Of a stretch of 41,113 nucleotides of DNA, positions 9,112-17,510 are shown piece after piece (position 1 is the first letter of the stretch; each line of letters starts with the position of its first letter). Origin of the DNA: Verrucomicrobiia bacterium. Lineage in GTDB: Bacteria; Verrucomicrobiota; Verrucomicrobiia; Limisphaerales; JADJPG01. A program made the position numbers and the translations under genes. Location: the NCBI GenBank assembly GCA_035715125.1, contig DASTLJ010000484.1, positions 1-41,113 of the forward strand, written 5' to 3'. The notes below the pieces were generated by a model. That model searched no databases. It had not been told where the DNA came from and saw nothing but the letters and a program-made list of their open reading frames with translations.

Positions 9112-9113
9112 CC

Positions 9114-9902
9114 ATGGACATCATCGCCCACCGCGGTGCCTCGCACGAAGCGCCCGAGAACACGCTCGCGTCCGTCCGCCTCGGTTGGGCGCAGGGCGCG
9201 GACGCGGTGGAGGTGGACGTGCGCCAATCCCGCGACGGCCACATCGTGGTCATCCACGACGCTCATACGCGCCGGACCGCAGGCGTGGCCCGGCGCGTGC
9301 GCGCGCAGACGCTCGACGAGTTGCGCGCGCTCGATGTCGGGCGCTGGAAACATCCGCGCTTCGCCGGAGAAAAGATTCCGACGCTCGCGGACGTCCTCGA
9401 AACCGTCCCGCCCGGCAAGCGCCTCTTCGTCGAAATCAAATGCGGCCCCGAGTGCCTGCCGCAATTCGTCGACGCGGTGAAGCGCTCCGGGAAGAGCCCT
9501 TCGCAAGTCCTCCCCATCGGGTTCGATCTGACGACGATGAAGCTGGTGAAGTGGGCGCTACCCGAATGGGAGGTGGCGTGGGTCCAGGGCTTCCGCCGGA
9601 ACTGGCGCGGCGGCTGGACTCCCACCGCCGAGAGACTGATCGCCCAGGCGAAGGAAGCCGGCCTCGATGCGCTCGACCTCGGTGGGCGCGGCCCGGTGAA
9701 CCAGACGTTCGCGTCCAAGGTTCATGCGGCGGGTCTCAATCTCTACATCTGGACGGTCGACTCTCCCGCGAAAGCCTCGCGTCTGGCAGCCGCAGGCGTG
9801 GATGGAATCACGACCAACCGGCCTTCGTGGTTGCGGGAGAAACTGGCACGGCACGGAGTCCCGGCTTTAGCCGGCGGAGCAAGCGAAAGCATGCCGCGGT
9901 AG
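9114..9902 (+). CDS. glycerophosphodiester phosphodiesterase (GlpQ/UgpQ family)
   Basis: MDIIAHRGASHEAPENTLASV...GADAVEVDVRQSRDGHIVVIHD is the GDPD signature. The last ~15 codons and the TAG stop lie inside inverted repeat 9855..9940. Confidence 0.85.
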   Translation: MDIIAHRGASHEAPENTLASVRLGWAQGADAVEVDVRQSRDGHIVVIHDAHTRRTAGVARRVRAQTLDELRALDVGRWKHPRFAGEKIPTLADVLETVPPGKRLFVEIKCGPECLPQFVDAVKRSGKSPSQVLPIGFDLTTMKLVKWALPEWEVAWVQGFRRNWRGGWTPTAERLIAQAKEAGLDALDLGGRGPVNQTFASKVHAAGLNLYIWTVDSPAKASRLAAAGVDGITTNRPSWLREKLARHGVPALAGGASESMPR

Positions 9903-9940
9903 GCATGGCCGGACGCATCACCGGCTAAAGCCGGGACTCC
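9855..9940. repeat. REP/MITE-like element with 20-bp perfect terminal inverted repeats
   Basis: ggagtcccggctttagccgg (9855-9874) and ccggctaaagccgggactcc (9921-9940) are exact reverse complements. The internal part also has a catgcc..ggcatg stem. Confidence 0.9.
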
Positions 9941-9981
9941 ATGCTTACAGCGCGACACGCTCAAAGCAGATCCGGGAGCGA

Positions 9982-10401
9982 CTACGGCCTGGTTTCGCCC
10001 AACGCGAGCAGGCGATCGAATTGCCCGGCAGTCATCGACGAGACAGAGAGCCGCGAATGCTTCACCAGTGGCATCGAGGCCAGCACGAGGTCTCTCTTCA
10101 TCGTCGCCAGACTGACCGGCTTTTTGAGCGGTTTCACGGGCGCAAGATCGACGCACGACCAATCCCCTTCATCGGCGGTCGGGTCGGCGTAAGCCTCGCG
10201 GTCCACTCGCGCAAGGCCCACCACCTGCTTTTCGCTCCCGCTATGATAGTACGCCACAAGTTCGCCCTTCTTCATCCCGCGAAGATTGTTTCGGGCCTGA
10301 AAGTTTCGGACGCCCGTCCATGCGGCGCGGCCGTCTGCAACGAACGTGTCCCACGAGTAGGATTCGGGTTCTTGTTTCACGAGCCAGTAATTGCGTGGCA
10401 T
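9982..10401 (-). CDS. EVE (PUA-like) domain protein
   Basis: MPRNYWLVKQEPESYSWD...AWTGVRNFQARNNLRGMKKGELVAYYHS is the classic EVE/DUF55 N-terminal pattern. 139 aa. Confidence 0.8.
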   Translation of the reverse strand: MPRNYWLVKQEPESYSWDTFVADGRAAWTGVRNFQARNNLRGMKKGELVAYYHSGSEKQVVGLARVDREAYADPTADEGDWSCVDLAPVKPLKKPVSLATMKRDLVLASMPLVKHSRLSVSSMTAGQFDRLLALGETRP

Positions 10402-10517
10402 CGGGGGATATTAGGCGGCGGCCACTGCGGGTGTAAACCTCAGTATCCGTAGCTACACTGGCACGTCGCTCACTTCCGCTTTGCGCCGGCCTGCGCGCCG
10501 ATCTAGCCTCGTCCCTA

Positions 10518-11072
10518 ATGAGCATCGCGACGCGCACGGGCGACGACGGCACGACGGGGCTGATGTATAACCGGCGCGTCTCGAAGTGCCATCCGCGCGT
10601 CGAGGCCTACGGTAGTGTCGATGAACTCAATGCGGCGCTCGGCGTGGCACGGGCTGCGGCTGAACATGATTTCGTCCAGCGGCACCTGCTCGTGACGCAG
10701 GAGGATTTGGTCATACTAATGGGCGAGCTGGCGACGCTCCCGGAAGATCGCGGGCGCTATGTGAAGGATGGCTTCAAACTCGTCACCGCGGAGCTGACGG
10801 CGAAACTCGACGCACTGGTCAAGGAGATCGAGGCGCAGAATGTTTCGTTTAAAGGCTGGGCGACGCCCGGTCAAACCGAAGCCTCCGCCGCGCTCGACGT
10901 AGCGCGCACGACTTGCCGTCGCGCCGAACGCCGTGTGTGCGCACTGCGCGAGGCGGGGCAATTGGGCAACGATGAGATTGGCGTTTACCTCAATCGCCTC
11001 TCGGACGCGCTTTGGCTGCTGGCGCGGTGGGTCGAAACGCAGGCCGCGCTCGTTACATCGGGACGAGCTTGA
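10518..11072 (+). CDS. cob(I)yrinic acid a,c-diamide adenosyltransferase, PduO type
   Basis: MSIATRTGDDGTTGL...RVEAYGSVDELNAALG is the PduO-type N-terminal motif. 184 aa. Confidence 0.85.
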   Translation: MSIATRTGDDGTTGLMYNRRVSKCHPRVEAYGSVDELNAALGVARAAAEHDFVQRHLLVTQEDLVILMGELATLPEDRGRYVKDGFKLVTAELTAKLDALVKEIEAQNVSFKGWATPGQTEASAALDVARTTCRRAERRVCALREAGQLGNDEIGVYLNRLSDALWLLARWVETQAALVTSGRA

Positions 11073-12435
11073 AGACCTTGCCGGTCTTGCCGCGAAGCGC
11101 GTTGCTGCCGTTGGTCAGCAGGTAGAGCTCGCCGTCGGCGTCTTCGCCCATCGCGACGATGTAGGCGCTGAGCTTCGCCGGCTCGACGAGCGGCAAATAC
11201 TCCAGCGACCACGTGCCGGTCTTCCCATCAGCCGGCCGCGACGCGACGAGCAGCACGCCGTCGGCGATGGCCCAATTGCGCGACCAGTCGGCGAACACGT
11301 AGCGGGCTTGCAACGAGGGGATGGCCTTGCCGCGATAAACGTAGCCGCCGGTGACGGAAATGCCCTGCGGCTCGGTCGCGCTCGGCGGCTTGTTGCGCGG
11401 CGGATGGCGGTATTCGAGCACGGGATCGACGAACGGCCGGCCGGCGGCATCGGCGGTCGGGGCGTTGGTCGGCGTACGGTCGGCGTTCTTCGGATCGAAA
11501 CCGTGGAACCCCTCGCGCACGTGCCAGCCGTAATTGCCCCCTTTGACCACAATGTTCAATTCCTCGTAAAGGTTCTGTCCGACATCCGCCGCGAACAGTT
11601 CCCGGCTGCCGCCGCGATCGAAGCTGATGCCCCACGGATTGCGAAAGCCCCACGCGAAAATCTCCGGCTTGCCCTGCTTGCCATCGGCGAACGGGTTGTC
11701 CTTGGGCGCGGAGTAGGGTGACCCGTGATCGACGTCGATGCGGAGAATTTTCCCGAGGAACGTCTGCGTATTCTGGCCGTTCCCGGGTTCGGGATGTCCT
11801 GTGTCGTTGTCGTTGGCTCCGCCGCCATCGCCAACGCCGACGTAGAGCAGGCCGTCCGGGCCGAACACCAGCCGCCCGCAATTGTGGTTGAACTGCGGTT
11901 CATCGAACTGGAGGAGCAGTTGCTCCGAGGCTGCGTCCACCCTGCTCAAGTCCTTCACGGCCGTGAACTCCGAGAGGTGGCTGGTGTGGTCCCAGTTTGT
12001 CGGCGCGGACTCGCGGCGGGGCGCGCTGTAGTAGAGGTAGAGCTTCTGGTTCTGGCGAAACTGCGGGTGCAGCGCCAGGCCCAACAATCCACGCTCATCG
12101 AAGGCGTCGTTCAGCTTGGTCATCTTCGGGCGCAAGTCGAGGAAGAGCTGATCGGAGAGTTTGCCGTCCTTGCCGAGCAGGTGGACTGTGCCGACCTGGT
12201 CGGCGACGAGCACGCGGCCGGAGCCGTCGTCGAGTGGCGCGAAATTGAGCGGGGAGACGAAGCCCTCGACGACGAGCTTGAGGCCGACGGACGGTTTGGC
12301 GTCCGAGGCGGGCGCGGCGGGCGACAGTCCAAACGCGACCGCAACGGCAACCACAGGGATGGCACAACGAGAATAGAAACTTTGGATGTTCACGGGCCGG
12401 ATTCTAGCGTTGTCCCTTCCATGCTCAAGCTCCAT
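11053..12435 (-). CDS. PQQ-dependent soluble sugar (glucose/sorbosone) dehydrogenase, secreted
   Basis: NHNCGRLVFGPDGLLYVGVGDGG, GKILRIDVD, IFAWGFRNPWGISFD and GGNYGWH are YliI/SGDH-type motifs. Signal-peptide-like AIPVVAVAVAFGLSPAAPASDA. Start uncertain: ATG 12435, or GTG 12393 (VNIQSFYSR...). The track start 12501 lies inside repeat 12446..12547. Confidence 0.8.
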   Translation of the reverse strand: MELEHGRDNARIRPVNIQSFYSRCAIPVVAVAVAFGLSPAAPASDAKPSVGLKLVVEGFVSPLNFAPLDDGSGRVLVADQVGTVHLLGKDGKLSDQLFLDLRPKMTKLNDAFDERGLLGLALHPQFRQNQKLYLYYSAPRRESAPTNWDHTSHLSEFTAVKDLSRVDAASEQLLLQFDEPQFNHNCGRLVFGPDGLLYVGVGDGGGANDNDTGHPEPGNGQNTQTFLGKILRIDVDHGSPYSAPKDNPFADGKQGKPEIFAWGFRNPWGISFDRGGSRELFAADVGQNLYEELNIVVKGGNYGWHVREGFHGFDPKNADRTPTNAPTADAAGRPFVDPVLEYRHPPRNKPPSATEPQGISVTGGYVYRGKAIPSLQARYVFADWSRNWAIADGVLLVASRPADGKTGTWSLEYLPLVEPAKLSAYIVAMGEDADGELYLLTNGSNALRGKTGKVFKLVPM

Positions 12436-12445
12436 GAACCGCAAC

Positions 12446-12547
12446 GTAGGGCGGGCGTCTCGCTTGCCCCGCCGCGCCGAAAGGCGCGGCTTTCGCATCA
12501 CCTGGGCCTCGCTTCGCTCGGCCGGGCCGGCGAGACGCCTGCCCTAC
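12446..12547. repeat. 102-bp MITE-like element, copy 1 (terminal hairpins GTAGGGC(A/G)GGCGTCTCGC...)
   Basis: gtagggcgggcgtctcgcttgccc ... gggccggcgagacgcctgccctac. The internal 54 nt are near-identical to copy 2 (27987..28088). Confidence 0.9.
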
Positions 12548-12703
12548 TCTGTTGCCGCGCCCGTCAATGGCGCGAAGGCGTGCCTCTGTTTCAGTGATCT
12601 ACTATTCTCATGAAGCCCCGTGCTGCAATCCTCGCTGGATTGACGTTCCGCCTGAAATTCGCGTAAACCACGTGGGCGGCTTCGCGAGCCACGCCCACAA
12701 GTC

Positions 12704-13450
12704 ATGCCCGTTTTCGGATTTCCAGAGCCGCTTCTCGACGCGCTGCGCACGGCGCGCCGGATGGTGGTGTTGACCGGCGCGGGCGTGTCGGCGGAAAGCG
12801 GCGTGCCGACGTTTCGCGACGCGCAGACGGGCCTGTGGGCGAACTTCAAGCCCGAGGATCTCGCCACGCCCGGGGCGTTCCGGCGGAACCCCCGTCTCGT
12901 GTGGGAGTGGTACGCGACTCGACGCGCGCGGGTCGGCGAGGCGCAGCCGAATCCCGGCCACTTCGCCATCGCGGAATTGGAGCGGCGCATGCCGGAGTTT
13001 CTGCTGGCGACCCAAAACGTCGACGGCCTTCATCAGCGCGCCGGCAGCCGCAACGTCGTCGAGCTTCACGGCAACATCACCCGCACGAAATGCTTCGAGG
13101 AAGGCACGGCCGTGGAATCCTGGCCGGCGACGGCTGAAGCGCCCCCGCATTGCCCGCGCTGCGGCGGATGGCTGCGGCCGGACGTGGTGTGGTTTGGGGA
13201 GATGCTGCCGGAGGAGGAATTCGCGCGCGCCCTGGCGGCGAGCCGGCGCTGCGAGGTGTTGTTCAGCGTCGGCACCTCCGCGCTCGTGCACCCAGCGGCG
13301 TCCTTGCCGCTCGACGCGCTCGACGCGGGGGCCTGGGTCGTCGAGGTCAACCCGCAACGCACACCGCTGACACCGCGCGTGGATTACTTCCTGGAGGGCG
13401 TTTCAGGCGTCATCCTTCCGGCGTTGCTGAAGGCAGCCTGGCCTGCGTAA
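12704..13450 (+). CDS. cobB: NAD-dependent protein deacylase (Sir2 family, CobB-like)
   Basis: VVLTGAGVSAESGVPTFRD, ATQNVDGLH, VELHGN, CPRCGGWLRPDVVWFGE. Confidence 0.85.
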   Translation: MPVFGFPEPLLDALRTARRMVVLTGAGVSAESGVPTFRDAQTGLWANFKPEDLATPGAFRRNPRLVWEWYATRRARVGEAQPNPGHFAIAELERRMPEFLLATQNVDGLHQRAGSRNVVELHGNITRTKCFEEGTAVESWPATAEAPPHCPRCGGWLRPDVVWFGEMLPEEEFARALAASRRCEVLFSVGTSALVHPAASLPLDALDAGAWVVEVNPQRTPLTPRVDYFLEGVSGVILPALLKAAWPA

Positions 13451-13455
13451 AGGCG

Positions 13456-14946
13456 ATGTCTTCCGACGCTATCGATCATCCGCTGGTCTACGAGATTAAT
13501 GCGCGATGTTGGTTGCGCGCGTTGAGCGCTCGTCACGGCCGGTCTATTCTGCTTGGGGACGTCCCGGAGGAGGAACTCGAGGTCTGGCGGAGCCTTGGCT
13601 TCACCCACATTTGGATGATGGGAGTGTGGACGACCGGCCCGCGCAGCCGCGATGTGTTTCTCCGGCAACCGGACACGGCGGGGCGGCTGAAGGTTGCGCT
13701 GCCCGATTGGCGCGAGGAGGATGTGGCCGGCTCCTCTTACGCGCTCGCGGCGTATCGGGTGCCGGCTTCGCTCGGGGGCGACGCCGGGCTGCGAGCTTTT
13801 CGCGAGCAGCTTCACCGGCACGGTCTCGGTCTTTTACTCGACTTCGTTCCGAACCACGTCGGGTTGGATCACCCCTGGCTGCGGGAACACCCGGATTGGT
13901 TCGTCCGCGCCGGACACCCGGCGCCTGGCACTTTTCCCATGCCGACGCGCAAGGGCGAAGTCCGGATTGCCCACGGCAAGGATCCGAATTTCCCGCCGTG
14001 GATCGACACCGCACAACTCGACTTCCGACTCCCCGCCTTGCGCGCCTCGGTGATCGAGCAACTTCAATCCGTCGCCACAATGTGCGACGGCGTTCGTTGC
14101 GACATGGCAATGTTGCTCATTAACGACGTCTTCGCGCGCACTTGGGAAGGATTTCCGAGCAGCAGCCCAACACCACAATCGGAGTTTTGGGCCGACGCCA
14201 TCGCCGCCGTCCGGAAGCCCGGCTTCCTGTTCCTGGCTGAAGCCTATTGGGACCTCGAAGCGCGCCTCCAATCCCTGGGCTTCGACTTCACCTACGACAA
14301 GCGCGTGCTCGACTTCCTCATCGAACGCCGGCCGGCTGAATTGCGGCGCCATCTCCTCGAACGAGGTGTGGCCTTTGTCCGGCGTTGCGCGCATTTCCTG
14401 GAAAACCACGACGAGCCCCGAATTGCCCCCCGGCTTTCTCTCGAAGAACATCGCGCGGCGGCGCTCCTCGTCCTCGCCCTCCCTGGCTTGCGCCTGCTGC
14501 ACGACGGCCAACTCGACGGCGCTCGCGTTCACGTTCCCGTGCACCTTGGCCGGCGTCCGTACGAAGCGCCCGACCCGGCGATTGCCGCGCTCTACCGACA
14601 ACTCCTCGGCACGCTCGCCCCGACGGCCATCGGCCGCGGCACTCCCCGGATTCTCGAAGTGCTGCCCGCTGCAGCGACGGACGAGAGCTTTGAGAATGTC
14701 ACGGTGATCGAGTGGCAAACGCAGATTGGGGCGTGCGACCTGGTGGTGGTGAACCTCTCCTCGCAGCCGGCCCGAGTCCGGATTCCTGTGCCGGGCAACC
14801 GGCCGGGGGCGAATGTGTGGCGCCTCCGTGATTTGGCCGACCCACAGGGCGCACCGCCCTGCGAGGTTCAGATGGAGCAAAACGCGTTGACACTCCACTT
14901 GCGCCCGCACGCCGCGCTTGTGCTGCATCCAAACTCTTGCAACTGA
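13456..14946 (+). CDS. alpha-amylase family (GH13) glycosyl hydrolase/transferase
   Basis: GH13 regions: LLLDFVPNHVGLDHPW, GVRCDMAML, FLFLAEAYWD, FLENHDEPR. Start at ATG 13456 (MSSDAIDHPLVYEIN), 6 nt after the cobB stop. The track ORF start 13150 overlaps cobB. Confidence 0.8.
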   Translation: MSSDAIDHPLVYEINARCWLRALSARHGRSILLGDVPEEELEVWRSLGFTHIWMMGVWTTGPRSRDVFLRQPDTAGRLKVALPDWREEDVAGSSYALAAYRVPASLGGDAGLRAFREQLHRHGLGLLLDFVPNHVGLDHPWLREHPDWFVRAGHPAPGTFPMPTRKGEVRIAHGKDPNFPPWIDTAQLDFRLPALRASVIEQLQSVATMCDGVRCDMAMLLINDVFARTWEGFPSSSPTPQSEFWADAIAAVRKPGFLFLAEAYWDLEARLQSLGFDFTYDKRVLDFLIERRPAELRRHLLERGVAFVRRCAHFLENHDEPRIAPRLSLEEHRAAALLVLALPGLRLLHDGQLDGARVHVPVHLGRRPYEAPDPAIAALYRQLLGTLAPTAIGRGTPRILEVLPAAATDESFENVTVIEWQTQIGACDLVVVNLSSQPARVRIPVPGNRPGANVWRLRDLADPQGAPPCEVQMEQNALTLHLRPHAALVLHPNSCN

Positions 14947-14956
14947 ACTTAAGAAT

Positions 14957-15077
14957 GGAAACCACGGATGGACACAGATGAACACGGATTTCGGTGGGGA
15001 ACGTCCCTCCTAATGGGTGAACCCGCTTGCAGTCGCAACGATTTCTTATCCGTGTTCATCTGTGTCCATCCGTGGTT
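14957..15077. repeat. palindrome with decamer-array arms (CACGGATGGA/CACAGATGAA)
   Basis: Left arm ggaaaccacggatggacacagatgaacacggat. Right arm atccgtgttcatctgtgtccatccgtggtt. 29-30 nt perfect complementarity, 58-nt spacer. Confidence 0.9.
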
Positions 15078-15234
15078 ACAACTCCTCTGAGGCTGATTCC
15101 AAGTCGCTCCAACCTCCCGCTGGAAACCTGCCCGGTGGCGGACTACATTCCCCACATGAAGCCCGCCGCGCTCAAGGCCGGAACTCCTTCTCCCCCCACT
15201 GTTGCCGTATTTCCGGGAAGGCGCCGCTCCCCGC

Positions 15235-15272
15235 TTTCACGTTTTACGTTTCACGTTTTGCGCTTTTCGTTC
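15235..15272 (+). repeat. solitary heptamer array (TTYACGT-like x5)
   Basis: tttcacg ttttacg tttcacg ttttgcg cttttcg ttc, ending 5 nt before the AAA+ ATG (15278). No inverted partner seen. Confidence 0.7.
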
Positions 15273-15277
15273 TGCCC

Positions 15278-16795
15278 ATGACCATTCACCACGAAATCGA
15301 AACGCTCATCCGCGCCCGCTACCCGCTGCTCTACGTCGTCACAAGCGAGGAGACCCGCGTGCAGGAGTTGTTGCTCGACATCGCGGCCAAGCGCCAAAAG
15401 AAACTTTACGAATGGAGCTGCACGACCGGCCTGGCGCTGGCCGGCGCGTCCGTGCAGACCGTAAGGCCGCGCAACCCGGCCACCCGCGAGCCGCTGGCCG
15501 CGCTCGACGAGGTCATCGCGCACGTCGAGCCGGCGGTGTACCTGTTCAAGGATTTGCACCCGTTCCTGGGCAAGCCGGGCTTCACCGTCACGCGCCGGCT
15601 CAAGGAAATCGCCCTGCACCTCAAGCACAGCTACAAGACCGTTGTGCTCGTTTCGCCCGTGCTCGAAATCCCCGTCGAGCTGGAGAAGGAGATCACCGTC
15701 CTCAACTTTCCGCTCCCGACGCGCGAGGAATTGACCGCCCTCCTTCACCAGATTTTGGCCGACGTCGCGCAGTTCAAGAACGTCGCCATCGACCTCGACC
15801 CCGCCGGCCGGGAGCGCCTTCTGCAAGCCGCCCTCGGCCTCACGCTCGGCGAGGCCGAAAACGTCTTCGCGAAAATCCTCGTGAAAAGCCAGCGCCTGGG
15901 AGTGGAAGACGTCGGCGAAGTGTTCGCAGAGAAACAGCAGATCATCCGCAAGAGCGGCCTGCTCGATTATTGCACGGGTGAGGAGTTCTCTCATGTCGGC
16001 GGTCTGGCCCTGCTGAAAGGCTGGCTGGGCAAGCGCGCGCTGGCCTTCAGCGATCAGGCGCGCGATTTCGGCCTGCCGGCGCCTAAGGGCATCCTGCTGC
16101 TGGGCGTGCAGGGTTGCGGCAAAAGCCTGTGCGCGAAAGCTGTTGCGAGCCTTTGGCAACTGCCACTGCTGCGCTTCGACATCGGCCGCATGTTCGGCAG
16201 CCTGGTCGGCTCGTCGGAGGAAAACGTCCGCCGGGCCATCGCCGTGGCCGAGTCGATCGCGCCCGCGGTGCTGTGGGTGGACGAAATCGACAAGGCGTTT
16301 GCCGGCGCCCAAAGCTCCTGGAGCGGTGACGGCGGCACGACTGCGCGCGTCTTCGGCACGTTCCTCACCTGGCTGTCGGAGAAGACGGCGCCGGTCTTCG
16401 TCGTCGCCACAGCCAACGACATCTCGAACCTCCCGCCCGAGCTGCTTCGCAAAGGCCGTTTCGATGAGATTTTTTTCGTGGACCTGCCCGCGCCGGGCGA
16501 GCGCGAGGAGATTTTCCGAATTCACCTGGCCCGTCGCGGCCGCGACGTCTTGGCGTTCGACCTGCCCGCGCTGGTCGGGGCGAGCCACGATTTCAGCGGC
16601 GCGGAAATCGAACAGAGCGTCATCAGCGCGTTGTTCGACGCCTTTTCCGACCGCCAGGAATTGACGACTCCGCACGTCCTCGCCGCGCTCCGCGAAACCG
16701 TGCCGCTCTCGCGGACGATGGACGAGCAGATCGGCCGGCTGCGGGCGTGGGCGGAGGGGCGGGCCAGGAATGCGAGTGTGGCGAGAGGAGCATGA
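15278..16795 (+). CDS. AAA+ ATPase with N-terminal non-ATPase domain (Ycf46-like architecture)
   Basis: Walker [12 protein letters not shown], Walker [12 protein letters not shown], second region of homology [28 protein letters not shown]. The N-terminus [15 protein letters not shown] resembles recalled Ycf46-type proteins. Start at ATG 15278; the track start 15017 reads through repeats. Confidence 0.75.
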   Translation: MTIHHEIETLIRARYPLLYVVTSEETRVQELLLDIAAKRQKKLYEWSCTTGLALAGASVQTVRPRNPATREPLAALDEVIAHVEPAVYLFKDLHPFLGKPGFTVTRRLKEIALHLKHSYKTVVLVSPVLEIPVELEKEITVLNFPLPTREELTALLHQILADVAQFKNVAIDLDPAGRERLLQAALGLTLGEAENVFAKILVKSQRLGVEDVGEVFAEKQQIIRKSGLLDYCTGEEFSHVGGLALLKGWLGKRALAFSDQARDFGLPAPKGILLLGVQGCGKSLCAKAVASLWQLPLLRFDIGRMFGSLVGSSEENVRRAIAVAESIAPAVLWVDEIDKAFAGAQSSWSGDGGTTARVFGTFLTWLSEKTAPVFVVATANDISNLPPELLRKGRFDEIFFVDLPAPGEREEIFRIHLARRGRDVLAFDLPALVGASHDFSGAEIEQSVISALFDAFSDRQELTTPHVLAALRETVPLSRTMDEQIGRLRAWAEGRARNASVARGA

Positions 16796-16890
16796 GTAAT
16801 CAGTAATCAGTATTCAGTATTCAGCCGGCCGAAGGGCGACCGCGCGCGCAACTGAATACTGAATACTGAATACTGACCTACTGAATACTG
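16794..16890. repeat. palindrome with heptamer-array arms (AGTAATC/AGTATTC ; TGAATAC)
   Basis: gagtaatcagtaatcagtattcagtattcag ...27 nt... ctgaatactgaatactgaatactgacctactgaatactg. The inner 18 nt are perfectly complementary. Confidence 0.9.
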
Positions 16891-16893
16891 GAT

Positions 16894-17163
16894 ATGTGGC
16901 AAGGCTTCTGTGAACACTTGAAGGAATGTGGCCGCAATGGCGCGCCGTTCTGCTTGGCCGTCGTGGCGGTGCTGTGCATGGGAGCGCTGGGCGACTGGGG
17001 GTTGGCCGTGTTTGCGGTGGTGCTCGCGGCGGGCATCGCCTGGGTGTGGGCGTCCGTAGCCGAACAGCGTCAGAAATTCGAAAGGCTCGGAAAAATGCCT
17101 CCGCTCTCGGAGAACGAATTGCATCGTGCCCGGTCAAAGCTGGTGGATCGTGCGAAGCACTGA
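16894..17163 (+). CDS. small membrane protein (2 predicted TM helices), hypothetical
   Basis: FCLAVVAVLCMGALGDWGLAVFAVVLAAGIAWVWA followed by a charged helical tail. ATG is 3 nt after the 3' arm of palindrome 16794..16890. The next gene starts 3 nt after its stop. Confidence 0.5.
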   Translation: MWQGFCEHLKECGRNGAPFCLAVVAVLCMGALGDWGLAVFAVVLAAGIAWVWASVAEQRQKFERLGKMPPLSENELHRARSKLVDRAKH

Positions 17164-17165
17164 GT

Positions 17166-17510
17166 ATGTTCACCATGCGCAACGCCATCAAAGTAGCCCT
17201 GATGCAGGTCGGAGTGATTGTGGCCGGCATTCTCGCCGCGGGCGTCGGTTATCATGCGGCGAGCGGGATGGGCGGAAGCATGCCTGCCTCCACGGCTTTT
17301 CTCGTTCACTTCGGGTTCCTGCTGTTGGCATTGCCGCTGGCGTGGATCTCGTTTGCTGCCCGGCTCCAGCACAATGCGGCTGCTTCTGACCGCAAGAAAA
17401 CCCTGACGTTCGTTGTCGGCCTGGCCCTGCTGGTTGGGCTGACACTGTTCTCGCTGTATGCCGCAGGCGAACCGTGGATGGGAGGCGACCTATGGCCTCA
17501 GGGCGACTGA
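17166..17510 (+). CDS. small membrane protein (3 predicted TM helices), hypothetical
   Basis: MFTMRNAIKVALMQVGVIVAGILAAGV..., FLVHFGFLLLALPLAWISF, FVVGLALLVGLTLFSLY. Its stop TGA (17508-17510) shares one nt with the ATG of the next gene. Confidence 0.5.
   Translation: MFTMRNAIKVALMQVGVIVAGILAAGVGYHAASGMGGSMPASTAFLVHFGFLLLALPLAWISFAARLQHNAAASDRKKTLTFVVGLALLVGLTLFSLYAAGEPWMGGDLWPQGD

Noticed and set aside
10421-10427. GCCACTG (B12-box-like heptamer) upstream of the PduO-type adenosyltransferase, as a possible cobalamin riboswitch.
   Set aside because: The intergenic region is only 116 nt and lacks the other conserved cobalamin-riboswitch elements I can recall. A single heptamer match is expected by chance.
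12704-13450. Sir2-domain protein as a possible defence effector (Thoeris/DSR-like); likewise the stand-alone EVE protein (9982..10401) and the AAA+ ATPase (15278..16795).
   Set aside because: The Sir2 protein is a short canonical CobB-type deacylase with all housekeeping motifs and no partner genes. The EVE protein is a single-domain housekeeping type. The AAA+ protein matches a Ycf46-like housekeeping architecture. None has defence-type neighbours.
15017-15277. N-terminal extensions in the ORF track (15017 for the AAA+ gene; likewise 4468, 12501, 13150, 22039, 22818, 34604 and 16926).
   Set aside because: The extensions read through repeat elements or the 3' end of the preceding gene and are Arg/Pro-rich. 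Conserved domains begin at the internal starts I used.
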